DNA of 64,000 nt, taken from NCBI GenBank assembly GCA_001464895.1, contig LNEE01000062.1, positions 64,333-128,332 of the forward strand. The letters are read 5' to 3'. Position numbers and translations under genes: made by a program. The notes beneath the pieces are model-generated. The model made no database searches, was not told the DNA's origin, and saw only the letters and a list, made by a program, of their open reading frames with translations. Below are positions 28,442-37,368 of this stretch, piece by piece (positions within the stretch are counted from its first letter, which is position 1; every line of letters begins with the position of its first letter). This stretch comes from Betaproteobacteria bacterium Ga0077532. Its GTDB lineage: Bacteria; Pseudomonadota; Gammaproteobacteria; Burkholderiales; Ga0077523.

Positions 28442-29104
28442 ATGAACCCGTCCCAAGACATCCGGCTGGATTTCGACCGCCGCAACCGCATGGGTCTCGA
28501 GGAAGCGATCCTCGCCGGCTCGAAGAGCGTCGCCCACCTGACGGCAATCCTCGACCAGGCCGCCGAACGCAATGCCCGCTTCCTGTTCACCCGCCTCGAT
28601 CAGGCCCAGTTCGATGCGCTGCCCGAAGCCCATCGGACGCAGCTCGACTACGACCCGCTGTCCCGCACGGCGTGGTTCGGCGCACCCGAGCCTCTGCGGG
28701 TGCAGATCCGCGTGGGCGTGGTCGCCGCGGGCACCTCGGATGTCTCGGTGGTTCGGGAAGTCACCCGGACGCTGGCGTGGTACGGCGAACCCGCGCTGGA
28801 GATCACGGATGTCGGCGTGGCAGGCCTCTGGCGCCTGATGGAGCGCGTCGAGGAACTGCAGCAGTTGCCTGTCGTCGTCGCGGTCGCTGGAATGGATGCA
28901 GCACTGCCGACGGTCGTGGGCGGGCTTCTGCCGGGCATCGTGATCGGCGTACCGACCTCGGTGGGCTATGGCGTCGCAGCGGGCGGGCACTCTGCCCTCC
29001 ACTCGATGCTGTCGAGTTGCGCGGCGGGCCTCGTCGTCACGAACATCGACAACGGCTTCGGCGCGGCCTGCGCGGCGCTGCGGGTGCTGAGGGCCACAGG
29101 CTAG
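28442..29104 (+). CDS. larB: Nickel-pincer cofactor biosynthesis protein LarB (NaAD carboxylase/hydrolase, PurE-like)
   Basis: 220 aa with a PurE-like core: VGVVAAGTSDVSVVREV...VVAVAGMDAALPTVVGGLLPGIVIGVPTSVGYG. Confidence 0.88.
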   Translation: MNPSQDIRLDFDRRNRMGLEEAILAGSKSVAHLTAILDQAAERNARFLFTRLDQAQFDALPEAHRTQLDYDPLSRTAWFGAPEPLRVQIRVGVVAAGTSDVSVVREVTRTLAWYGEPALEITDVGVAGLWRLMERVEELQQLPVVVAVAGMDAALPTVVGGLLPGIVIGVPTSVGYGVAAGGHSALHSMLSSCAAGLVVTNIDNGFGAACAALRVLRATG

Positions 29105-29332
29105 GTGTGGCTCTCGGCCCCGAGCACACTGCCAACGGCTTCATGAGAGTCGCCATCTGAGGCGGGTCGCAAGCCTTCGAGCCGGTCTTCGCGACGTGAT
29201 CGCGCGCACCGCGCACCGCCTGGACAGCGGGGCTTTCTTCTTCTGCCCAGGCGCCACCGGACGTATCCTCGCCGCCGCGTTCTGCCCCGCCATTCCGGCC
29301 GTCGGGCACGCGGACCGGAGAGCGGAATCACG

Positions 29333-29728
29333 ATGGACGTCAGCCCCCTCGGCGCGGAATGGGTCGCGCTCCAGCAGGACCACGAACGGTACGAGGCGTC
29401 TGCGCTGCTCGTGAAACTCGTCGCCGTCGTGCTCGCGACGCTTGGGATCGCGCTTTCGTGGCCTGCTCTCGCCGCGATCCTCCCGCTGCCCGTTCTGTGG
29501 CTCCAGGAGGGCATCCTCCGGACCTCCCAGTCGCGGCTCGGCGAGCGCCTCCTCCGCATCGAATCGGGTGCCTCCGACGCCTATCGCCTGCACACCGAAT
29601 GGCAGGCCGGCCGGCCCGGTGTGGTCGGACTCGTGGCGGAGTACGTCCGCAATGCGCTGCGGCCCACGGTCGCGTTTCCGTACGCGGTTCTGCTGGTCGT
29701 GATGTTCATCAATGCAAGCACCCACTGA
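29333..29728 (+). CDS. Hypothetical small membrane protein
   Basis: 131 aa with GGAGAG about 10 nt upstream and at least two hydrophobic helices (LVKLVAVVLATLGIALSWPALAAILPLPVLWL and FPYAVLLVVMFI). No family recognised. The antisense ORF 29141..29737 is R/D/E-rich junk. Confidence 0.5.
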   Translation: MDVSPLGAEWVALQQDHERYEASALLVKLVAVVLATLGIALSWPALAAILPLPVLWLQEGILRTSQSRLGERLLRIESGASDAYRLHTEWQAGRPGVVGLVAEYVRNALRPTVAFPYAVLLVVMFINASTH

Positions 29729-29749
29729 CATCCGCATCGAAACGCGTGG

Positions 29750-30340
29750 TCACCCGGGCGTCGCCGTGACCTCCAGCGCGACCGATGGGGTGCGTCGTGA
29801 GGCCAGCCGCAGGCCGACGAGCAGATGGCTGGCGGTGGCCACCTTGAGGGTGGGCGTCGCGTTCAACGAGATATGCGCGGCGCGAAGCGCACGCAGACCC
29901 CGCCGCACCCAGGCCTTGGCGGTCCCGATCGGGACGGCGAGATGGGTTGCCGCCTCGCCGTGCGTGTGGCCATCGACGTATACGAGGTGCAACACCTGTC
30001 GATAGTGGCCCGGCAAGGTGGCCAGCGCTGCGCGGATCCGCACCGCATCTTCGTCGCGCTCACAGGCCTCGCAGGGCGCCGGGTCGGGCGGGAGCTCGCC
30101 CATGGAATCGCTGTCCCGGGCAGGCTCCGACTCGCCGAAGGACTCCCGCCACCCACGCACCGATCTGACGGGGATCGGCCCGCGATGCACGATGGCCTCG
30201 ACCAACGGACATGAGCGCCCGGTGCGGGCCGGCCGCCGTTCGTGGGCGTGCCTGGCGAACCATCCGTCAGGCCACGCAATGACGCGGCCCGCGTCTGCCA
30301 TGCCGCAGATTCCCTCATCCCGATCCATCAGCTCCCCCAT
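29750..30340 (-). CDS. Sigma-70 (ECF-like) region-4-only protein, possibly an N-terminally degenerate sigma factor remnant
   Basis: LPGHYRQVLHLVYVDGHTHGEAATHLAVPIGTAKAWVRRGLRALR is a clear sigma-70 region 4.2 HTH. No recognisable region 2 is present upstream and no anti-sigma gene is adjacent. Confidence 0.5.
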   Translation of the reverse strand: MGELMDRDEGICGMADAGRVIAWPDGWFARHAHERRPARTGRSCPLVEAIVHRGPIPVRSVRGWRESFGESEPARDSDSMGELPPDPAPCEACERDEDAVRIRAALATLPGHYRQVLHLVYVDGHTHGEAATHLAVPIGTAKAWVRRGLRALRAAHISLNATPTLKVATASHLLVGLRLASRRTPSVALEVTATPG

Positions 30341-30428
30341 TCGAGGAGGGTGCGGACCTCACCCGGACGTCGCCATGGCCAATCAGACGCCTGGTCTGGG
30401 ACCCCGGTACGCGCTTGCGACCAGACGT

Positions 30429-30881
30429 CTAGAAGGGCCATGGACCAACCGATGTCCGATCGAACACGTCTGCTTCCCGGATCGAGGTGAACTCGAGCCC
30501 CCAGGGCCGCGCACCGCGCAGGCGGACCTCCGCCTCCCACAGCACTGTGAAAGTGCCTCGATCCCGCACGACCGAGGTCGGTGCGCCGAGCCGGCGAGTG
30601 GTCACGATCTCGAAGGGGCGCGGAGCGTCGTTCGAAAACAGTACGAGATCCTGCGTCCGGGTCTCGTCACCCGGCACGGTCAGCCGCGGTTCGCCGGGGC
30701 GCCCGCCCTCGCGCCAGTGCCCGACTCCCGGAAGCATGCGAAGCCTGGAGAGGACGCGTTCAGCGCCCGCATCCTCACCGCGCCCCTGCGCGCCCTCTTC
30801 GCGCTCGACGGCATCCGCCGTCGCCATACCCGACCACAGACCCATCGCAACGAGAACGCCGACCACCGCTGATGTACGCAT
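30429..30881 (-). CDS. Hypothetical secreted protein
   Basis: 150 aa with the signal peptide MRTSAVVGVLVAMGLWSGMATADA. No family recognised. Confidence 0.45.
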   Translation of the reverse strand: MRTSAVVGVLVAMGLWSGMATADAVEREEGAQGRGEDAGAERVLSRLRMLPGVGHWREGGRPGEPRLTVPGDETRTQDLVLFSNDAPRPFEIVTTRRLGAPTSVVRDRGTFTVLWEAEVRLRGARPWGLEFTSIREADVFDRTSVGPWPF

Positions 30882-31058
30882 CGCGCTTCTCCGTCATCCA
30901 GTGCACGGCAGGGACCTGCACTGCCGCACGCGGACGCTGCGGGCCGAATGGGCTGCAAGGCGTCCATGCATCCAGTGACCTGATGACTTAGATGCGATTC
31001 CTTCGGGAACCTCTTAGCGACCCTGAGTGTCCGTTCGGGAACAGCCAGGGAGGTTCAA

Positions 31059-32009
31059 TTGAAAAACATCAACTACCGGCATCTTCACGTGTTCTGGGCG
31101 GTCGCCACCCGGGGCGGTATCAGCGCGGCATCCGACGTGCTGGGCGTGACGGCACAGACCATCAGCGAGCAGATCCGCATTCTCGAGACCACGCTGGGCA
31201 GCAGCCTCTTCACGCGCGAGGGGCGGGGGCTCACATTGACGGAACAGGGACGCCTGGTCCTGGGCTACGCGGACGAAATGTTCGCGATCGGCCAGCAGCT
31301 GCAGGAAGCGCTGTCCGACGAGTCCACGGAAACCCCGCTGCGGCTGCGGGTCGGTGTGGCCAATGCGATGCCGAAGACCATCGCGTACCACATCCTCGAA
31401 CCTGCCTTGCGCATGGACCGTCCTGTCCGGGTCGTGTGCCGCGAGGCCGACCTCGACGACCTTCTGGGCGACCTGGCGGCCCACCGGTTGGAACTCGTGC
31501 TGGCGGACCGCCCGATGCCACCATCGGCCGCGGTGCGCGGGTTCAACCATCTTCTGGGCGAGAGCGGCATGTCGTTCTTCGGATCTCCCGGTCTGGTGGC
31601 GCGGTTCTCCGCGCCCTTCCCGGCCTGCCTCGATGGCGCGCCCCTGCTGGTGCAGGCCGAGGGCGCCGTCATCCGGGGCCGACTGATGCGTTGGTTTGCG
31701 GACCAGGGAGTGCGGCCGCGCATCGTGGGCGAGTTCGACGACGGCGCGCTCATGAAGGCCTTCGGGCAGGCATCGGCCGGATTCTTCGCCTCCCCCACTG
31801 CGATCGCCGACGAGGTGGTTCGCCAGTACGGCGTGATGAAGATCGGCGAGGCCAGCGACGTGCGCGAACAGTTCTACGCGATCTCGATCCAGCGCCGCCT
31901 CACCCACCCGGTGGTGGTCGCGATCGCCGAACGGGCGCGAACCGATCTCTTCCGACCCGAGGATTTGACTCAGACGGCTACTCCCGACCACCTTCCCATG
32001 GAAGTGTGA
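31059..32009 (+). CDS. LysR-family transcriptional regulator (NhaR-like N-terminus)
   Basis: 316 aa. MKNINYRHLHVFWAVATRGGISAASDVLGVTAQTISEQIRILE closely resembles the NhaR HTH. A LysR substrate-binding domain follows. Confidence 0.88.
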   Translation: MKNINYRHLHVFWAVATRGGISAASDVLGVTAQTISEQIRILETTLGSSLFTREGRGLTLTEQGRLVLGYADEMFAIGQQLQEALSDESTETPLRLRVGVANAMPKTIAYHILEPALRMDRPVRVVCREADLDDLLGDLAAHRLELVLADRPMPPSAAVRGFNHLLGESGMSFFGSPGLVARFSAPFPACLDGAPLLVQAEGAVIRGRLMRWFADQGVRPRIVGEFDDGALMKAFGQASAGFFASPTAIADEVVRQYGVMKIGEASDVREQFYAISIQRRLTHPVVVAIAERARTDLFRPEDLTQTATPDHLPMEV

Positions 32010-32403
32010 GGGCATCCATCGAATTGCCCCAGAAGCCGCGGAAGGCGCGGAAGTCGGACGAGAACAGCAGTCTCGCGAATCCGACACCATGGCGGTCGGT
32101 CCAGCGACACGTGATCAGCAACATGGTCTCCCAGGTGCAGGCGTCGAGCTGGCCGACCTCCACGTCCTCCTCCTCCCCGAGGACGTAGCTGCCGGTCCAG
32201 GCTCCGGACGGGCTGCGGGAGAACACCGTGAGGACGGGATCCATGTCGTCGCCGTTGTAGACCTGCCCTTCGTAGCTGCCACCGACGGGGCCGGCTCCCG
32301 GCGGAGGGCCGGCATGGCCATCGGCAACCACAACGGTCGACGCAGTCGCCAGAAAGAGGAAGGCGGACACGATGGCAGGGACGATGGCGCAAGAGCGGGA
32401 CAT
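31978..32403 (-). CDS. Hypothetical small secreted protein
   Basis: ORF 31978..32811 is trimmed to the ATG at 32401-32403, giving the signal peptide MSRSCAIVPAIVSAFLFLATAST. 141 aa. Its 3' end overlaps the convergent LysR gene by 32 nt. Confidence 0.5.
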   Translation of the reverse strand: MSRSCAIVPAIVSAFLFLATASTVVVADGHAGPPPGAGPVGGSYEGQVYNGDDMDPVLTVFSRSPSGAWTGSYVLGEEEDVEVGQLDACTWETMLLITCRWTDRHGVGFARLLFSSDFRAFRGFWGNSMDALTLPWEGGRE

Positions 32404-32592
32404 GGGCACTCCGGAGGCTGACAGGCCGTGGCTTTGGCGGCAATGTTCCGGCGGTCGGGCCGGGAGGTGCCACCCGCGAAGCGTGCCCGAGCGGTGCGCC
32501 TGCGTCCATCGACCGGCCCCGACCCGGCGCCACCGGCCGGATCGGGGTATCTTCGAGCAGCGGCGCACGGCCGCGACTCGAGGAGACAGAAA

Positions 32593-33012
32593 ATGGGATT
32601 GCTGGACCAGATCGCAGGCGCCATTGGCGGCGCAGTCGGTGGCACATCGGGAGGCGGCGACAACCCCTTGCTGCAGATGGTGATGCAGTTCATCCGCCAG
32701 CAGCCCGGCGGCCTTCAGGGACTGGTGGAGAGCCTGACCAAAGGGGGCCTGGGCGAGCAGGTGGCCTCCTGGGTGAGTCAGGGCCAGAACCTGCCGGTGT
32801 CTGGCGGGCAACTCGCCGCGGCGCTGCAGGGCGGCGGCATCGGCGACCTGCTGAAGGGCTTCGGGATGGACAGCCCGGACGCCATGGACGGCCTGGCGAA
32901 GATGCTGCCGGACGTCGTGAATCAGCTCACGCCGAACGGACGGGTGGAAGCCGAAACCGCGGGCGGGCTGGAGTCCCAGCTCGGCGGGCTGCTCGGCAAA
33001 CTGACCGGCTGA
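32593..33012 (+). CDS. YidB-family (DUF937) protein
   Basis: From the ATG at 32593 behind AGGAGA. MGLLDQIAGAIGG...LLQMVMQFIRQQPGGLQGLVESLTKGGLGEQVASWVSQGQNLPVS is typical of DUF937. Confidence 0.8.
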   Translation: MGLLDQIAGAIGGAVGGTSGGGDNPLLQMVMQFIRQQPGGLQGLVESLTKGGLGEQVASWVSQGQNLPVSGGQLAAALQGGGIGDLLKGFGMDSPDAMDGLAKMLPDVVNQLTPNGRVEAETAGGLESQLGGLLGKLTG

Positions 33013-33058
33013 TGCACTGACCGCGCCGACGGGGCCGCGGCGCGCCGTCGGCCCTCCG

Positions 33059-33784
33059 TCAGCCGTGGTGGCCCCCGAGATACGCGGCGCGCACCTGCTC
33101 GTTGCCCAGCAGTTCCTTCGGCGTGCCTTCGACTGTGAGGGTGCCGGTCTCGAGCACGTAGCCGCGATCGGCCACGGACAGCGCCATGTTCGCGTTCTGC
33201 TCCACGAGCAGGATCGTGACGCCGCGCTTGCGGATGTCGCGGATGGTCGCGAAGAGGTTCTGCACGATGAGCGGCGCGAGGCCGAGCGACGGTTCGTCGA
33301 GTAACAGGAGCTTGGGTTCGGCCATCAGGCCCCGCGCGACCGCGAGCATCTGCTGCTGCCCGCCCGAGAGCGTCCAGCCGAGCGCGTTCTCGAAGCGCCG
33401 GATCTCCGGGAAGATTTCGAACTTCTCGTCGGCTTCCTTCTCGAGCTGCTTGCGCGGCACGCCTTTCCGGTTGGATGCCCCCAGCAGGATGTTCTCGCGC
33501 ACGGTGAGGCCCGGAAAGATCCGGCGCCCCTCCGGCACGTGGCTGATCCCGAGGCGGGCGATCGCCTCGGGCCCCGCACGATGGATAGGCTTCCCCTCGA
33601 AGAGGACCTCGCCTTCGGTCGGCACGATGAGGCCGGATATCGTCTTCAGCGTCGTGCTCTTGCCCGCGCCGTTGGCGCCGAGCAGTGTGACCAGTTCCCC
33701 TTCGTTCACGTGCAGGCTGACACCCTTCAGGGCCTGGACGTTGCCGTAGTGGCTGGAGATGCCGCGCAGTTCGAGCAGGGCCAT
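33059..33784 (-). CDS. livF: Branched-chain amino acid-type ABC transporter ATP-binding protein (LivF-like)
   Basis: 241 aa with Walker A GANGAGKST, signature LSGGQQQMLAVAR, Walker B LLLLDEPS and the LivF-type C-terminus NEQVRAAYLGG. Confidence 0.9.
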   Translation of the reverse strand: MALLELRGISSHYGNVQALKGVSLHVNEGELVTLLGANGAGKSTTLKTISGLIVPTEGEVLFEGKPIHRAGPEAIARLGISHVPEGRRIFPGLTVRENILLGASNRKGVPRKQLEKEADEKFEIFPEIRRFENALGWTLSGGQQQMLAVARGLMAEPKLLLLDEPSLGLAPLIVQNLFATIRDIRKRGVTILLVEQNANMALSVADRGYVLETGTLTVEGTPKELLGNEQVRAAYLGGHHG

Positions 33785-33785
33785 G

Positions 33786-35555
33786 TCAGTTCACCTTGCC
33801 TTCGGTGCCGAGGTACGCGGCGATCACGTCCGGATTGCGCAGGACCTCCTGGGGTGAGCCCTCGGCGATCTTGCGACCGAAGTTGAGCACGCTGATGCGA
33901 TCGGACACCTTCTCGACGAGACCCATGTCGTGGTCGATCAGGAACACCGTGAGGCCGTGGCCGCGCAGGCGCTTCAGCAGGTCCACGAGTTCCATCTTCT
34001 CGGTCTGGTTGAGGCCCGCGGCCGGTTCGTCGAGCAGCAGCAGCTTCGGATGGCCGGCGAGCACGCGCGCGATCTCGACGAGCCGCTGATGGCCGTACGG
34101 CAGGTTGCGGACGATCACGTGCGCGCGGTCGGCGAGACCCACGAACTGGAGTGCGGACATGGCACGGGCGCGGAGTGCACGGTTGCCGCCCGGGATCGGA
34201 TTCCGGTCGCGCTGGGCGCCGACCATCACGTTCTCCAGCGCCGACAGCGTCGCGAACAGGCGGATGTTCTGGAAGGTGCGTCCGACGCCCCGCCCGGCGC
34301 GCTGGTGCGGCTGGGTCTGGGAGACGTCCTCGCCGTCGAGCATCACGCTGCCCAGCGTCGGCTTGTAGATGCCGCTCACGACGTTGAGGGACGTCGTCTT
34401 GCCGGATCCGTTCGGGCCGATGAGCGCGTGCACCGTACCGCGCTGCACCTCGAGGTCGATGCCGTCCACGGCCTTCAGCCCACCGAAGTGCTTCGCGAGA
34501 CCCGCGAGCTTCAACAGCACGCCGCCGTTCTTGCCGGACACGTCGAAATCGAGCGGCGCGATCCCGGAGGTGTCGGTGACGACGGGCTTCGCGAAACGTC
34601 CGCGCCAGAGTTTGATGAGGCCCCAGATGCCTTCGGGCAGGAACACCATGATCAGGATCACGCCGATGCCGTACACGGCGAGGTAGACGTCCTTGATGAA
34701 TCGCATCGCCTCGGGAAGCTGCTTCAGCCATTCCGGCATCTGCACGATCAGCACCGTGCCGATCACGCCGCCGAAGGGCGACTGCACGCCGCCCAGCAGC
34801 GAGGCCGTCAGGAACTCCACGGAGCGCGCGAAGTTGAAGTTGTCCGGGCTGATGTAGGCGAACCCGGCTGCGTACAGCCCCCCACCGATGGCGCCGAGCA
34901 GTGCGGAGAGCGCGAAGGCGACCACCTTGGTGCGCAACGTGTGCACGCCCACGACCTCGGCTGCGAGCTGGTTCTCGCGCACCGACCGCATTGCTCGCCC
35001 GAGCCGCGTGTTCGGCAACCACCACACGGCGAAGACGAGTGCGTAGAGGACGACGGCACAGAAGAGCAGGTAGGCGCGGTCATCCTCCAGCACGTAACCG
35101 AAGAGCGACGGCCGCTCGATGCCGGCGATGCCGTCGGGACCGCGCGTGACCTCGATCCAGTTGACCAGCACGAGATCGAAGATCTGCTGGAAGCTGATCG
35201 TGATCATCGCGAGATAGTGGCCACCCAGCCGGATGGTGGTCGCGCCGAGCAGGAAGCCCGCGAACGTGGCGACACCGACACCGAGGCCGAGCGAGATCCA
35301 GAACCCCAGTCCGCCGCCGACCGTGCCCAGCGCCACGCCGTAGGCGCCGAACCCGAAGAACGCCGCCTGCGCGAGGTTGATCTGTCCGGTGTAACCGAGC
35401 ACGACGACCATGCCGAGCACGGCGACCGCGTAGGTCACCGCCTGCATGAACATCTGCACGACGTACGAACTGACCGGGAAGAGGTAGGGGACGATCGCCG
35501 CCGCGAGGGCGAGGATTCCGATGAAGACGAGGGTGGGCAGATGGAGTCGCTGCAT
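33786..35555 (-). CDS. Fused LivM-like permease / LivG-like ATP-binding protein
   Basis: This is the C-terminal 589 codons of ORF 33786..36500, from the ATG at 35553-35555 (MQRLHLPTLVFIGIL...). It has about 330 aa of TM permease, then an ABC ATPase: GPNGSGKTT, LPYGHQRLVEIARVL, LLLLDEPAAG. Confidence 0.88.
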   Translation of the reverse strand: MQRLHLPTLVFIGILALAAAIVPYLFPVSSYVVQMFMQAVTYAVAVLGMVVVLGYTGQINLAQAAFFGFGAYGVALGTVGGGLGFWISLGLGVGVATFAGFLLGATTIRLGGHYLAMITISFQQIFDLVLVNWIEVTRGPDGIAGIERPSLFGYVLEDDRAYLLFCAVVLYALVFAVWWLPNTRLGRAMRSVRENQLAAEVVGVHTLRTKVVAFALSALLGAIGGGLYAAGFAYISPDNFNFARSVEFLTASLLGGVQSPFGGVIGTVLIVQMPEWLKQLPEAMRFIKDVYLAVYGIGVILIMVFLPEGIWGLIKLWRGRFAKPVVTDTSGIAPLDFDVSGKNGGVLLKLAGLAKHFGGLKAVDGIDLEVQRGTVHALIGPNGSGKTTSLNVVSGIYKPTLGSVMLDGEDVSQTQPHQRAGRGVGRTFQNIRLFATLSALENVMVGAQRDRNPIPGGNRALRARAMSALQFVGLADRAHVIVRNLPYGHQRLVEIARVLAGHPKLLLLDEPAAGLNQTEKMELVDLLKRLRGHGLTVFLIDHDMGLVEKVSDRISVLNFGRKIAEGSPQEVLRNPDVIAAYLGTEGKVN

Positions 35556-35557
35556 CG

Positions 35558-36442
35558 TCAGGCCTTCTCGGAAACCTTCTCGCCGAAGATTCCCGACGGA
35601 CGGATGAGCAGAAAGATGAAGAGGGCGAGGAAGGCGTACGCGTCCTTGTAGGGCACCGAGATGTGGTACGCCGCGAGGCTCTCGATCACGCCGAGGAGCA
35701 GACCGCCGACGATGGCGCCGGTCACGTCGCCGAAGCCGCCGATGATGGTCGCGGCGAAAGCCTTCAACGCGATGATCGAACCCATGCCGATCGACACGAA
35801 CAGGATCGGGCCCACCAGCACGCCGGCGAGACCGCCGAGCACCGCGCTGTAGATGAACGTGATCGAGATCATCAGCGCGACCGGGATGCCGAGCAGCCGC
35901 GCCATGTCCTTGTCCTGGCTGGTGGCCTGCAACTTCTTGCCGAGCAGCGTGTGCTCGAAGAACACGTAGGTGAAGAGCACCATCGCCATCGTCACGGCGA
36001 GGATCACGAGGTACTGGCTGTCGAGGAAGACGCCGCCCACCGTGATGCCGTCGGCGGCGAGAACCTTGTCCATCGGCCGTGGCTGCGGCCCGAAGATCGC
36101 GAGCACCGTGTTCTGCAGGAAGATCGAGGCGCCGAGCGTGCTGATGATCACCGGCAGGAACGACCGGTGGCGCAGCGGGTAATAGACGCCGTAGTTGAAG
36201 ATCACGCCGAAGATCGCCATCGCCACGAGAGACGCGATGAACGCGAGCCAGTAGGGCCACTCGAGCCCGGTGAAGAACATCACCATCGCGTAGGCGCCGA
36301 GCATCGCGAAATCGCCCTGCGCGAAGTTGACGACGTTGGTGGCGCGGATGATCAGCACGAAGCCGAGCGCCACCAGCGAATAGATGCTGCCGAGGGCCAG
36401 GCCCTGGAACAGCACCTGCAGGTTGTCGAACAGTATCTGCAC
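35558..36442 (-). CDS. livH: Branched-chain amino acid-type ABC transporter permease (LivH-like)
   Basis: ORF 35558..37015 is trimmed to GTG (36440-36442) behind GAGG. (M)QILFDNLQVLFQGLALGSIYSLVALGFVLIIRATNVVNFAQGDF is a typical LivH N-terminus. Confidence 0.88.
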   Translation of the reverse strand: MQILFDNLQVLFQGLALGSIYSLVALGFVLIIRATNVVNFAQGDFAMLGAYAMVMFFTGLEWPYWLAFIASLVAMAIFGVIFNYGVYYPLRHRSFLPVIISTLGASIFLQNTVLAIFGPQPRPMDKVLAADGITVGGVFLDSQYLVILAVTMAMVLFTYVFFEHTLLGKKLQATSQDKDMARLLGIPVALMISITFIYSAVLGGLAGVLVGPILFVSIGMGSIIALKAFAATIIGGFGDVTGAIVGGLLLGVIESLAAYHISVPYKDAYAFLALFIFLLIRPSGIFGEKVSEKA

Positions 36443-36591
36443 GGCAGGAGCCTCGTTGTGTCGGACCGCGTCGGACCAAGCGCGAAGGACACTCCGCCAC
36501 CGGATCCTGTGCTGCCGGTCCGGTGGCGGGCCCTCCTCCCCCCTCTCTTTCGCGTGTCGCTGCGCGTCGGCGTGAAACCGACGCGGCAGGC

Positions 36592-36999
36592 TCAGTCCTT
36601 GATGTCGATGTGCTTGATGAAGGTGACGTGATCGGTCTCGTTCTTCACCACGCCGTAGCCACGTGGGCCGTCGCGCTGGTCGTCGAACGAGTAGGTCTCC
36701 TCGACGCCTTTCCAACCCTCCATACCGAGGATCCCCTCGCGGATCGATTCGGCGTCGGGCGGGTTGGTCATGTGAGAGCCGATGACGCCGGCGCGGGATT
36801 TCCTGCCAAGGATGCCGCCGGCGGCATTCACTTCCTCGAGTGCGCGCCGCGCGCTGTTCACGGTGTAGACGCCCGCTTCGGCGTTCGGGCCGGTGGCCTC
36901 GTTCACGAAACCGATCTTGATCGTCCCTTGGGCTTGAACCGAAACCGCGGCCACGGCGAGGGCGATGCCCGCGAGAGAGCGGTGAATGCGGATACCCAA
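36592..36999 (-). pseudogene. Remnant of a LivK-type periplasmic substrate-binding protein with an in-frame internal deletion
   Basis: It is 135 aa, whereas LivK-family binding proteins are usually several-fold longer. The signal peptide and N-terminal lobe start (IKIGFVNEATGPNAEAGVYTVNSARRALEEVNAAGGILGRK) join almost directly to a C-terminal end (ETYSFDDQRDGPRGYGVVKNETDHVTFIKHIDIKD). Confidence 0.6.
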
Positions 37000-37368
37000 G
37001 TGCTGTCCCCCTCAATGTTCCCGGCGCCCGGGTCGCACGGAAGCCCGCGTATGGATCGCAGGTCGATGCGCCGTGCCAAAACCTCGAGCGCGGCGAATCC
37101 TATGTGGGCCCGGAGAACACTGTCAACGAAGGTCGCGGGAACGCTTTCCGGAGATAGTCGGCCGTCATCGTGCAACCACGGGATGGCGCATCGCAGCATC
37201 GAAGGCCCATCGCAAAGGCCGTGCATGCGTGTCATCCGGCGAAGAGGTCGGTTCATTGCAGTGCACTACAATCGGGTCATCCCGGTGCTGTCGGCCGGTG
37301 CCCGGAAGTCCCTGGCGCGGATCATCGGATCCGGGTCTTTTTCGCAGCAGCAAGGCAAGGAGCACTCC

